A stretch of DNA of 64,000 nucleotides from Tubiluchus corallicola (taxonomy: Eukaryota; Animalia; Priapulida). A program made the translations under genes and the position numbers. Location: assembly GCA_030141605.1 (NCBI GenBank), contig JAQGDQ010000829.1:1-64000 (forward strand), read 5' to 3'. The stretch's first letter is position 1, and each line of letters opens with the position of its first letter. The notes below the pieces were generated by a model, which made no database searches, had not been told where the DNA came from, and saw only the letters and a list, made by a program, of their open reading frames with translations. Of this stretch, positions 30,088 to 42,236 are shown in pieces.

Positions 30088-30142
30088 ATGTCATCAAAGA
30101 CTGTCCTGAGTTTAGCAACATTTGCCATACTATGCGGTGCTG
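30088..30142 (+). pseudogene. Orphan Ly6 signal-peptide exon (MSSKTVLSLATFAILCGA)
   Basis: 55-nt exon with phase-1 donor G|gtaggt, homologous to exon 1 of the downstream Ly6 genes. No exon 2 or 3 seen before the next gene. Confidence 0.7.
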
Positions 30143-30227
30143 GTAGGTATCTTTTGTATGTCGGATTTGAATCAATTTGAATTATTTATTTTGGAATCTA
30201 GACCACATAAAATGCCAATTCTACATA

Positions 30228-30829
30228 TAGGGGAGACCCGGGTAAAGTGGATCACTTAAGGGTTTTCGCTCATAGAGTTCAAGACGTTTGATCTGTAACA
30301 ATCAATTACATGCCCTATTCTTCCATAGGAAACTCTGCTATATTCATGTGGTAAAAACTTATAATTACTATTACTCGTTTAGCAGATAATTCCGAAATAC
30401 GAAACCAAAATTTCTAGGGCAAAGTGGATCTTTTACGGGGAAAGTGGATCATACCGGAGCTGTTGAGCTCAACATAACTAACAATATCTTTTAAATGGAT
30501 TTTGTCTATTTTGCAAAAGTAAATTGATATGAAGCAGCAATGAACCATCCATCATATGTAAAAACGGTAGCGAATAAATCTGCGCTAACTGGAATTTATC
30601 ATCATGATCTATAAAGGTGTAAAATCGCAAGAAAGTGGGTGAAAAACTTACTTTTGTGTACCGCGCTTAGACAAACTTTGCAAAGGTCGAGATGAGTACT
30701 TTATGCAGAGTACACAGTAGATGATGACGTAGCATCACACAGTGCGTAGACTGCGACACCTTACGGAAAAAAGAGCAAACACATTTGATCCGCTTTGCCC
30801 AGTGATCCACTTTACCCGGGTTTCCCCTA
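30228..30829. mobile_element. TA-ended MITE with about 28-bp TIRs
   Basis: taggggagacccgggtaaagtggatcact ... agtgatccactttacccgggtttccccta. Confidence 0.85.
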
Positions 30830-31279
30830 CCCTTTATAATCCAGTTTAGAGAGCTCAAGTATTATGGAACACGAACCCGCTCTGAACAGTCTGCAAATTT
30901 CTATCCTTTGACTCTCTTCGCAAAATTCCCCATTCATATTTTGCTCCGCCTAAGAGCTCCGTTCACATGTATCTTACTTTATACAGCATACACCCGGTAC
31001 CGAATTCTGCATAATGTATATAAAAGTATCTCATTCAGTTCATTTCTAGCAAAACATTCAATAATTAGTTCATGCTGGCAGGCCCAGTAAATTTCGTGAA
31101 CTAGTTTTTATTTTACGTTATAATTTGAAACTATTTCTTTACTTTCACAAAAAGCTCTGTTTTCACCTAATCTGGTTAGACTTGAACGACCATTTAGAAT
31201 GTTCAAGGCCAACAGAATTTTGCTTTTAGTTTGACTGACGCTATACCTGTCGTTTACAAAAAATTTAATAAGGGTTTGT

Positions 31280-31365
31280 CAGTACCGGTAACCGAGTGGT
31301 TAAGTTAAAGGACTGTGGGTACTGCTCTGCTTGTAATCCGAAGTTCGAATCTCACGACCACCTGT
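31280..31365 (+). mobile_element. tRNA-derived SINE head remnant
   Basis: A-box-like taaccgagtgg and B-box-like gttcgaatc. Confidence 0.4.
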
Positions 31366-31427
31366 ATTGGCGCAAACAGTTGTTATCTGTGTTATTTATT
31401 TGTGGCGTTTCAGTGATGTTGTGTTCG

Positions 31428-31840
31428 TTAAAGGACAAGAAAAGGGGCACCTGAAGTAGGTTTCAGAAAAATCGCCTTAAAAATTAAATTATTTTATAGC
31501 AATTTTATGCGTATATCGTACTCGCACTGAAAGGAATTTTAGTTTGTTTTCATTTTAAATCTCCCGCAATACTGCTCCGACAGCGCCATTACATGACGTC
31601 ATATACGCACAACGTAAATCAAGGGAAGAAAAGAAAATGTTAAACTACGTTCAAAAAACTTTCTATGTAAATCTATATTACTTAGCATTTTGCTTACTTG
31701 CTTGAAAGACGTATGTAGCTAGAAAAGAAAATTATTAATTATTTAAAATGTTTTCACCCACTTGGTAAAATGTCGTTGACTCACCTCCAGGGTGCAGCAC
31801 TCACTAACCAAAAACGTATTTTTAATTTTATTGACAAGAT
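31428..31840. mobile_element. Dispersed repeat; related copies at about 38760-39150 and 46270-47160 (opposite strand) and 59000-59270
   Basis: Shared gactcacctccagggtgca..cactaaccaaaaacg and ttaaaggacaagaaaagg ends. Confidence 0.6.
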
Positions 31841-31859
31841 TTTGTGCAGTTACTAGGGG

Positions 31860-32400
31860 TGCACCATCAACATATGCAGGCAATGAGTTCCAAATCGGTA
31901 CAACTCGATTTGAGAAAAACTGACCAAATGATACTGTAGTCACAGAAACACTGTCAACAGAGGTTAATACCACTGAATGCTTTATTGTAACATAATCAGC
32001 ACATAAATGTCCCACATATCCCATAAAGTGGATCAACCTGACTGCACAGGTGAGTAAAACAGACAGGTGACTGGCAGGTAACAAACAGAGAAACTGGCCA
32101 AAACCAAAAGCTTTACATTCCCGCCACAGATGGCGCCTCGTGCACGAATTTGTAAGCAAGATTTAAAAAAAATCTAAGCTGCTACATATATTTTAGCTGT
32201 TCGACGCATGAAAGCTTCATAGAATGATTTTGCCTTGTTCTATTGCAAGATACTCGGGTAAAAAAAATTGTCTCTCTATGAATATTCAACTTCTCTATGA
32301 ATAATTTGGTAGCGTGATACAACATGATTTTTGGGACTGTTAAAGAGGGAACCAATAAGGTTACGTCATCAGCGTAACCGAACGAACCAGTAAACGAATT
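31860..32400 (-). mobile_element. CR1/L2-like LINE fragments
   Basis: GYADDVTLL (RT catalytic motif) and FFSNRVVPIWNSLP (CR1-type C-terminal motif). Confidence 0.7.
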
Positions 32401-32756
32401 TAAACTGTGGCAACTAATGGTGACAACCATTGTGCATCGCATAATGGTTCTGACATTTCAATCATATCGTTTAACGATTTTCTAACAACACATTTTGCAC
32501 ACTCCACTGAGGAAGACACCAGAAATGTTTTGTGGATGCGTTTCAATAATACGAATATGTTTTGTAAGCTCTTTTTATATTAAGTGGATATGGAGAACGT
32601 CACTTTTCATTCTTGCTTCGTCGTTAACGTTATTAGTGTTATTAATAATGATTAATCTATTGCATATTTCATGCTTTCATTATTTTTACACCTAGCGACA
32701 ATTTCCATTTCGCAATACACTGTTACACAATAATGCATTATTGCTTTACAGACAGG

Positions 32757-32983
32757 CAGGGCCTATTTCAGGGGGGGGGAGGAAAGTGGGGATACTTCCC
32801 CGGGGCTTCACCCTCCAGGGGGCCCCCGCGCCTAGGTAGCAGTTTTTTCTTTCAATTGTTTTTTCCTTTAACAACTGTATAACTCCATATTTTCTCTTCG
32901 AAAATGCTTCTCCGACGTTCTAGCAGTTCAAAAATTCACAGTTCACACTTCCTCGGGCCTCGCTTAGGCAGAAATAGGCCCTG
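32757..32983. mobile_element. hAT-like MITE (227 bp)
   Basis: TIRs cagggcctatttc / gaaataggccctg; 8-bp TSD cagacagg / cagatagg. Confidence 0.8.
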
Positions 32984-33367
32984 CAGATAGGATAGAATAA
33001 TGTGAAAGGGAAAAATGGTGGATGAACTATGCTCTGAGTCTTAGTCAGTTTCTTGGTTAGGCCTAATTTATTGTGGGGATCGTTAAGATGTCACACTGGA
33101 CGACTTTCTGAATGTCTTTGCAAAAATTCAGCGAGACACTGAGTTTTACACCTTATTCTGATTGGACTAAATGTAAAAAAATTTCGAGAACGTCTTTGCT
33201 TTGCCAATCAGAAATTGTCAAAATGTGTTTATGGTCTCTCATTTTTTTAATTCGCAGTCGAATTATTTTGTTTGAAAAGATTGGAGAGAAAATTCGTGCA
33301 GTTTCTCCTCTTCAACAATTCACGCTGATTAGATGAAGACTAGAAAGCTATATTTAATCCGCCAATT

Positions 33368-33600
33368 TATAATAATAACATAATAATAATTTCCATTAAG
33401 ACACAATCTAAGGACACCACCGTAAGTAACTCAATGCTTATTTCCAAGAGAGTCCTCATTATTATTACCTGCATGTCATTTCGATAAGCGGGCGTGCTTG
33501 GTCGAAGAACTAGCGGTAACATTTTTCAACTCTTTAGAATCGCTTGATCGAGAGTTGAACCCACGACCTCCTGGCACGCTACCGTTGAGCTACGCAGCCC
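33368..33600 (-). mobile_element. tRNA-derived SINE with (TTA)n tail
   Basis: Minus strand gggctgcgtagctcaacggtagcg...ggttcaactc (A and B boxes) followed by a body and simple-repeat tail. Confidence 0.55.
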
Positions 33601-34453
33601 GGTCGTATAATTTCGTAGTCGATCATTAATTAACCTAACCTAAAGTATCCTAGCCTAACCTTACTAGTTAAACGAGCTATTCCGTGCATATACAGCACGA
33701 TTGACACAACGTCGAAACAACACTGTTAATTTTGTGTCAACTTAAAAAAGCAAACCACTAAAAGGAGAGTTGAGATCGTTCAAAGGACTGATGAGACAAA
33801 AATTATATAGGATGCTTAATAAAAGCAACTTGTTACACGCAAACTAGATCTAAATTAGGTTAAAAAAATAAATAAATACCATATATACTAAGCCACTAGC
33901 AATAGAGAAAAATGAAGAATACCCACTATAAAATCAAACATTTATTACCCTACCTTAATATTTCTATTTAAATATATAAATAACATAGTTCCTGCTTTCA
34001 AAGAAAATGGTTTATCATTTATGCGCGATAAACGTAAAAACGAACGCACGTATAATCTGAAAAAGTTACTTACAAAAAACACATACGGACACAATTCAGT
34101 AAGCAAAACAGCAATCAACTTATGGAATTCAACATCCTTGAGTATAAAATCAAAAGACGGATAAACAACATTTTAAACAGGACTAAAAAACAAAAGACCT
34201 GTATATAAAAACGATAAAGTAGAATTCATCAATAACTGGATCTATCAAAAACTTATAACACTCCAGATTCATAATATAAGTGTCTATACTATAAAAATAT
34301 ACGAGTCATACGGAAACTTACATGGCAAAAAACTATCAAAAAGTATTAGAATTCACCATCTCTCATAAGTCACAACAGTTATTTCTATATCCTAATTGTA
34401 TAGTTACATACACACACCCCCCACACCCACCACACACACGCACACTCACACGC

Positions 34454-34493
<40 letters not shown>

Positions 34494-36735
34494 ATATATA
34501 TATGTATATAGTATTTCTATATCCTACATATATAGTTATACATATATCCTACGTCATTCTTACTCTGATACATGCCCACATTTTGTAAAAAAAATAATTG
34601 ATCATTTGTCACAACTGCAATACTGTCAATAATAATTATCGTATTATTCTTTCTATATATTTTGTAATATTTGTCGACATTTAACTTATGCTGATGACTT
34701 TCATCTAGACTACTTTGCTATTTCTATTCGGGAACTTCAATCTCTGCTAAATTATTTTATGAAAATTTCAATTTTAGAATGACATTTTTTCCCTGTCGAA
34801 CACAGGTGGCATCCGAAGCTGTTAATCGTTTAACAAAATAAAAAGGCAAATCATTTTTTGTTTAATGACCAGTGGCGGCTCGTGTATAGGTACTGTGGTA
34901 CTGCAGCACCCCCTGTTTTCACTCATTATTATCGATAATATTCAATATAATGATCTTTTTTCTTTAGTTCTTTCTTTATGCTTGTGCGGAACCGGAGTTT
35001 AAATTTACATATTTCATACAGCGCATGTAAAAAGGCAGTATGTAAGTGTATAAAATTTTAAGACGAATTTTTTAAGCTTTACGTTTATGAAGGTTCATTG
35101 TGCTTTAACAGTTTATTCACTCTGTTACAGTTCACTGTGCGCATGCTCACAGTGACGCCTCATACGTAAACAAAGCCACGAGCTGTCAGACACGTATTGT
35201 TGATTGTGCCGAAATCGATGCGTTTCAAAGGCGAAATTACAGAAACATTTTGGGTATTAGATGGCCAAAGAAAATTTTAACAAAGATCTATATGAAAAAA
35301 ATAAAAGAAGAACCTTGGACAAGAAAAATAAAAAGACGCCGTTTAAGATGAATTGGGCATATGCTTAGACTACCTAGCTCTTCAACAAGACATAGAACCA
35401 GCTAAAAAACCTGCAGGAGGACAAATGTTAACATATTTAGATTTTGCACAGAAAGATTTAAACACTTCAGCACTGATCCTTAGAAATAAATGCACTTGAG
35501 GCATTGCGGCGAGCACGGGAGTCCTGGCATAGGGAGGTGAGCAGAATCATGTCCCTGGACGTGTGATTCATTGGAAGATGATGATGATGATGTTAATTGT
35601 GCGGTGTCACTTTTCATGGGTGAACAAAAACACGTGTCTATTGTTTCACAATGCGCGTTCGACAGCCGTGCGGTTCTGTTTACGCACGAGATTTGATTTA
35701 ACTCTTTATTTCGAACTAGGTTCATAGAATACATAACATACAATAATGATAACACCTCCTCTCAACACATGCAAATTAATACATAAATAAATAAAATAAC
35801 ACTATATATATACAATATCACACGTCCAGCCTGAATCGTCACTCATAATTTCTACCTAACACTTTCCTCCATTGGTCTCTTATGTCTGAAGTGTAAAATG
35901 CGTCACTGTTATTCAATGCCTTTATAAGAAGATTTGGGCCTTGCATTACTCTACTGTATAGACTGTATGCAGTTTTCCTATGTATTACATCAAAGTATAA
36001 AACGTCGTGGTCTACTGAAATGGTCCTAGAACTATAATCATATGGGTAGTTGAAAAGTTTGCGTTTTGAAATATTGTGAGCTACTTTAAGTTTGCTGAGA
36101 CTGTAGTTATAAAAATGTCGCCAGGTGTTTTTTTATCATTGCGAGCATGCGCGCAGTGAACCTGCACCAGTGTGTATAACTGTGCTTCAATAAATTAGGC
36201 AGTAACTTGGAAACAAGGTAACATTTACGCTACGTAGTCAGTATGAACTAGTTACAAACGTTTGATTTGGTTTTCAGTGTCCAAATTATAATGCATTGCT
36301 GTATAAAAAGTGTCACCTGGGTTAATATCCAGAAACTGAAGTGGGCGTATAACATCAGTTTCTTACACAAAAAAGTTTACAAACCGATTAACCAACAAAA
36401 TTCAGAGGTTGATTCTTTTATTCGCCAACTTCTTTTAAGTTTAATTTTAATGGAAAAAATCGTTTTAAAAAGCTGAATAAATTAGGAGATCAAACCCTAT
36501 TTTGTTTTGACTAACAATCCCTCAGTTAGAAGACGGAGGAAAAGAAGGCAGTGTTTCTAACTAATGCGGAAATTTTTCCTTAAGTAAACAAAAAATGATG
36601 AAAAAGAGAAGAACTCATTAGGTTCAACCTTCAACAGAAACTTTGGCCGAGACTTTATACCTTTCTGCTTCGCCTTTGTGTTCTTATTTACTGAGTTTCT
36701 GTGGTTTTTTAAAGTGATACCCTTTTATGTGTTAA

Positions 36736-37186
36736 CCCTTTCATACCCGTTGTATCCCGTGGGATACGAAAATATTTTCTGCCTTTAGAAATAATAAAAT
36801 TTTAAAACTGACAGTTATTTGATCTGTTAATAGTTATTTTGATTTAAGCCAATGACAATAGACTGTGATAAAATGGCAGACTAGAAAATCTACATAGCAT
36901 AAAAACTGCTCAAGGTACAGTACTTTAGAGACGACTTTGTACAGATCAGCATAGCATGAATACTAAATGTCTTAAATAATTTGCAAAACTCATCAGCAAT
37001 TGCAAAATGAAGCACATTTTATGCTTCCATTGAATCCCAATGTATCCCGTAGGATACAGGCTATATTTAGCACACGGGCACAGGTAGAAAAAAATAATAT
37101 TATGTGTAAACAAGATGGACATACTGAACAAAAGTACCAAGCCAAAAAATTTTTTCTTATTAAAAAATAATTTGGGACTGAAAGGG
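36736..37186. mobile_element. piggyBac-type (TTAA) MITE, copy 2
   Basis: Same TIR/TSD structure and internal sequence as 12585-13039. Confidence 0.85.
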
Positions 37187-38620
37187 TTAATAATATAAAC
37201 AAAAAATTCTCCAAAAATTTGTTCAGTAGTTTTAGTAATTTCTTGTCCTTTTTCGCTCACCTAAAGAAGAACTATCAAGGTAGATCGAAACATCGTGTTC
37301 TTACTTTCTTTCCCATTTTCTTGCTTATTAATTGCGAGATTTTTTAAAATTATTGTCGCTGTTCACGTCATTACGGTGAACTATTTTGCTTTATTCCATT
37401 AGTAATGTAAAAACACTGGAAACAGCATGGTGCCACATGACAAAAGTGCTTAATGCTGTACGAAGAAGACAGAGAATTTATTGATAATAATAGTTGACAA
37501 TACTTCTTAAGTTTACCAAACAGTGCTGAGCATTTTACAATAGCAGAAAGTTTACTGACAGCTAGAAAACAAGCGGATACTGACACCTTGCCCTCATTGT
37601 AATACAGAATCAATTTCTTGCATCTCTAAAAGTAAAACCAGTTCTGCATAAACTTGTTAAACTAAACTGTGTAATACTAGTGATAAAATGTTTTTGCATT
37701 TTGTAACAACTGTTGTTTCCAGTAATAATAACAGCAATAGCTATTGGAAGAAGGGATATTTCCCATTTTAACAATAAGCATGAACAGAAAGGTCTCAGAC
37801 TTACGATACATGTTTTAGAAAAATAGAAAAGTAAGACAAGACGTAAAGACGATTAATACATCATTAAAAGGAATAGTCACATACATAATTTCACATACAT
37901 AAATCAGCCAAGAGAAGAGAGAAAATAATCTTTACATCTCGCATGCAACACCAATCTAAAGAGTTGCCTTTGACAACGAATTTGTTAAATTCTTTAATAA
38001 TATATTACTAGAGACATGTACTGCAGCTTGTGACGACTGCTTAATCCTCTCAATAGCTGACGTTGCTTAGTTGCGCTATTGGAAGAAGAGATATTCCCCA
38101 TTTTAACAACACACATGTGTTATATGCTCATGTTTTAGCCATATAGTGTTAAAAAGAAAATCGAAATGATAGTTACATCACTAAAACGAAGATCAATAAT
38201 TTTTGTCCACTGTAGCAGTAATGTCACATGCAGAAATGTACTGAGAGACCTGAAAAATAATCTATAATTTACTTTACATCTCGCATGCAACACCAATTCA
38301 TAGAGTTGCCTTCGACAACGATGTTAATTTCTTCAATAATTTATTAATAGAGATATGTACTGCAGCTTGTAACAATCGTTTAAAAAATTAATCCTCTCGG
38401 TATGCTGACGTTGCTTAGTTCTATTCACCTGATACGGTTTTATTACAATCAACCGGCAACGGTTGCCTTGGCACGACCGTCAAAGCTGAGAAAAAATGAC
38501 GGGTGTCTATTATAATAACATTAATAACATTGAATTGTGTCACACTCACTGAGCTGGTATCACTGTGAACAAAACTCGTAATTTTTCACAGAAGAGTTTC
38601 ATTTTTGCTAAATTGTCATC

Positions 38621-41600
38621 ATGTCTGCAAAGAATATTTTGTGTTTAGCAACATTTGCCTTACTATGTGGCGCTGGTAAGTATCCTTTGTGAATCTGTAA
38701 AAAGTTATTTAAAGCACAAGAAGAGCTATAACTTACATAAATCTTAAGAAATTCGTCTTGAAATTTTATGTTACTTACATACTGCCTTTTTGCATATTAG
38801 ACTTACGTCGTTAATAACAGTAACGATGTATAAAAATGTAAAGTGATGACCGTTAGACGCAGCCATTTTGACGACTGGTCATTTGAAACAAGTTCAGATA
38901 ATATTGTGTAAAGTTTGAAAAAATAATCAGAGCATTCGTAGCGCACACGTCACTAAGTAAATAAAATTTAAAATTAATCTATCTTGTCAATAAGATTAAA
39001 AATGCGTTTTTGGTTTGTGACTAGTGCACCCTGGAGGGTGAATCAGCGACATTTTACCAATTAGTGAAAACATTTTAAATAATTAATAATTTTCTTTTCT
39101 AGTTACATAAGTCTTTCAAGCAGATAAACGAAAAGCTAAGTAATATAACTCTTTAATATAATTAATATAATATTAATATAATATAAATATAACTCTTTGT
39201 GAGTTAAAAGTTACGTAAATAATGCAAAAACAGTAAGAATGAGGAAAGAAAAACAAAAGTAATTATACGTAAAAATAAAAATAAAATTAAATACGCAATC
39301 ATAATCAAAGACGTTGCAGGTTGGAGAACAAAGAAAGTTTTATAAATTAAAAAGATATATGATAAGTACCAGCACTTGCAAATAAAAAAACAATAGCAAT
39401 TAGCAGTCCATCAAAGTAATCAAACAAAACAGTTTTTAGAACAGCAATAAAAAGAGAAGAAATTACTACTGTAACATGAAAATTGTTAATGACAGACAAT
39501 TTCTTTATCTACATTTTTTCACATTTATCTTCATTGAAAAAGTCTTTTTATGGGGGAAAAGAGTTGCAAATATTTGTTAATTGAGGTCGCCATTGTATTG
39601 TTTAGGAAACAATTTGATGATATACTTTTGTTATGCAGTTGTGTCATAATGAATGTTTTTTTAAGACTTAGATCTAACAGAAACTTGCAGTATCTTAGGG
39701 AGGTGCTGCCATCTTTTGGCTGTACAATTAATTTACCTATTTCTTAAACTGTTTACTATACTATCTATCTACATACCGTTTTCTGGGTTTCAACTAAAGT
39801 TAATGAGCTGTAACAGGAGTCCTGGCTATTGTATGTTGGGCAGTAGTAGTTCAGGTCTCATAGTCTGCTGGTGAAGTTCAAATTTCAAATTTCATAATGT
39901 AGTTTGTCAAGACTGCAATTTATGTTGAAACCCACCCCCCCTCTACACCGGCTTCACTTCTTCATTTTTTGACAATAAAGGAAATCAACCTGCCTGTATC
40001 AAAGTGTTCATCATTTTTATTGGGTTACAACATGTAGACAGACAAACTGGACAAAACAGCCATTGACAGACATTTATCACGTATATAATGTTACAAACGG
40101 GGTTTTAATTTGAACAGGAATAAGATTAGTGAAAATTATAATGAAGAATTCACGAGAAATATTGTATAAAAATGAATGTCTGTAAATTAGAAGATGATGC
40201 TCCTAATTAATTAATAAACTGTTAAATAAGTTCAACATAAATATAGAGTATGTTTTGCAAGCTGAACCTTCAAGGATCACACTCTGCAATGAGTTTGTAA
40301 TTCTACTTTTCATGATTTTAAATTCTTAAAATTATGTCTGCTGTCAGTTGTTCTCTCTACAAAGAACTCTGCTTCCGATTCCAACGCACAGACCGTCTCT
40401 CATTGGAGCACTGTCTCGAACAAACTGAAGCAAGTCAACGTCCACTGTCCCATAAACTCAATTAAACTTAATATCAGTACCATTTCGTCTTTTCTTTTTA
40501 TTACTTAAACCAGATAGGTGACTAAAATCACCCACTACTGATTTTTCTCTAATGGAATAATAGATTTGTAAATTTTTGTGTGTGTTTTATTCCAGCATAC
40601 TCTATCACATGCTACGTTTGCACCTCTGCAAATAGTGGCTGTGACGATCCATTCGATAAAACATCGGATGCTGTTGAAGGATTTGAAATGGAAAACTGCA
40701 ACAAATGTTCAAAATCCAAATCAGAAGCAGGTAAGCGTCTGTCTGTAATTTGTCTTTTTAATAGTTTTAATTATACGCACATTATCGGCTTCATGGAATA
40801 TAATATCTTGTTCATTCGACATTGTTCTGTCACGTATGTGTGTCTTTTCGATACACTACAGCTTGTAGTAGCTTAGTCAACTCTCACTGTTAACTGTATT
40901 GAAATAGTGATATCCCACTAATAGCTCTGACTGATTGTGTACTGGTGGGGTGAGATCTCCGACCAGCTTTGCTGTATTGAGTCAATAGCTTAAAGTGGTA
41001 GAGCATGTGCCACGAATGCACAAGTTTTGGGTTCGAATGATGGTTGACTCACAATTTTTCCGTGCACCTTTCTTCAATTAATTAACGATTAAGCTAATTG
41101 TTGTAAGCATGATGCTTTCATTAATGTGACTTGCAAACGTGTTTCGTGTTTTTACACGCAATAGAAACATTTTACTTCTCAAGAACATGTAAAATGCCAA
41201 AACAAACGTGAACAAAAAGTTGAATGTTCTCTTCTTGGTCTAAAAAAGTTTCAAGGTTTTCTCGAAAGATTTTTTTCGAAAATGTATGGTTTCACCTTAT
41301 TATTAGCTAGGCCCTACTACATGGTTTTGTTTTTTACAAAAAACTTTGGTGGATAAATGAGTGGCAGCACCTGGGATTTACAACTTTTCTTGAGACTTCT
41401 TTTATATACTAGAGGCTGATATCGATACCATTTGTTCTACTCCTGACACAATAATGATTTTGTACAATTTTACGATTATAGGTGGTGTTAGTGCCATTAT
41501 CAGAGCTTGCGGAGGAGTTGGAACTGATGGCTGCATTACCAGCGATATTGCTGGTGTTGGTTCAGGCAAAGTCTGCACCTGCTCTACAGATAAGTGCAAC

Positions 41601-41681
41601 GGTGTTGAAGCTAAACAAGCTTCTTACATTGGCATCCTGGGAGTTGCTTTGGTCACAGTCGTCTTTAAGCAATTGTATTAA
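38621..41681 (+). CDS. Ly6/uPAR three-finger (quiver/sleepless-like) predicted GPI-anchored protein B, 129 aa; exons 38621-38675, 40596-40730, 41482-41681
   Basis: GT-AG phase-1 introns. Signal peptide MSAKNILCLATFALLCGA; 10-Cys domain ITCYVC...C...CNKC...C...C...VCTCSTDKCN; hydrophobic C-terminal tail. Confidence 0.92.
40979..41051 (+). pseudogene. tRNA-like pseudogene or SINE head in intron 2 of gene B; paralog at 49177-49248
   Basis: Acceptor stem GAGTCAA/TTGACTC, D stem and anticodon stem TGTGC/GCACA pair, and GGTTCGAAT is present, but the T stem is unpaired. Confidence 0.55.
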
Positions 41682-42200
41682 TTTTTAAAATGATTAAAAA
41701 TTTCTGTCTGCTAGGAAATGCAGTACAATGAGAACAAAAGTAGCAGTTTTGTAACCTAAATCTACCGTAAATTTGTGAATTATTTTTAGGTAAGTCCCAT
41801 CCTCTGTCATCCCAGAATGAATGTTTGCTAGCGTAAATTTTCCACGCACAACCACGCAAAGCATGCCTAAAACAATATTAATGAAAAAATAATACTTGGT
41901 TTTGTGTAAAGTACGTTGTGCTACACAATTGTTTTTCACAATTTTTGATATCGTTTTCTGCCTTGAGTCAGTAAATATTTGTTCTGAGATGACTGAACAG
42001 ATCTGCAAAATTTAGTTCATATATCATTACTCTCCCGAAGTTTCCAACATTCATACAATTATTCTCTCTAATCATTATGATAAATATCAGCTCTAAGCTA
42101 ATTAGCCATTTGGCATAATTTTAAGTATCGGCAAATCTATTTTTGGTTATAATTTTTGATTGTCTTAAGTCGGGGTTTCACGAGAATTTCAAATTTCTAA

Positions 42201-42236
<36 letters not shown>

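Noticed and set aside
40979-41051. Functional tRNA gene
   Set aside because: T stem unpaired, non-canonical anticodon loop, and the loop differs between paralogs.
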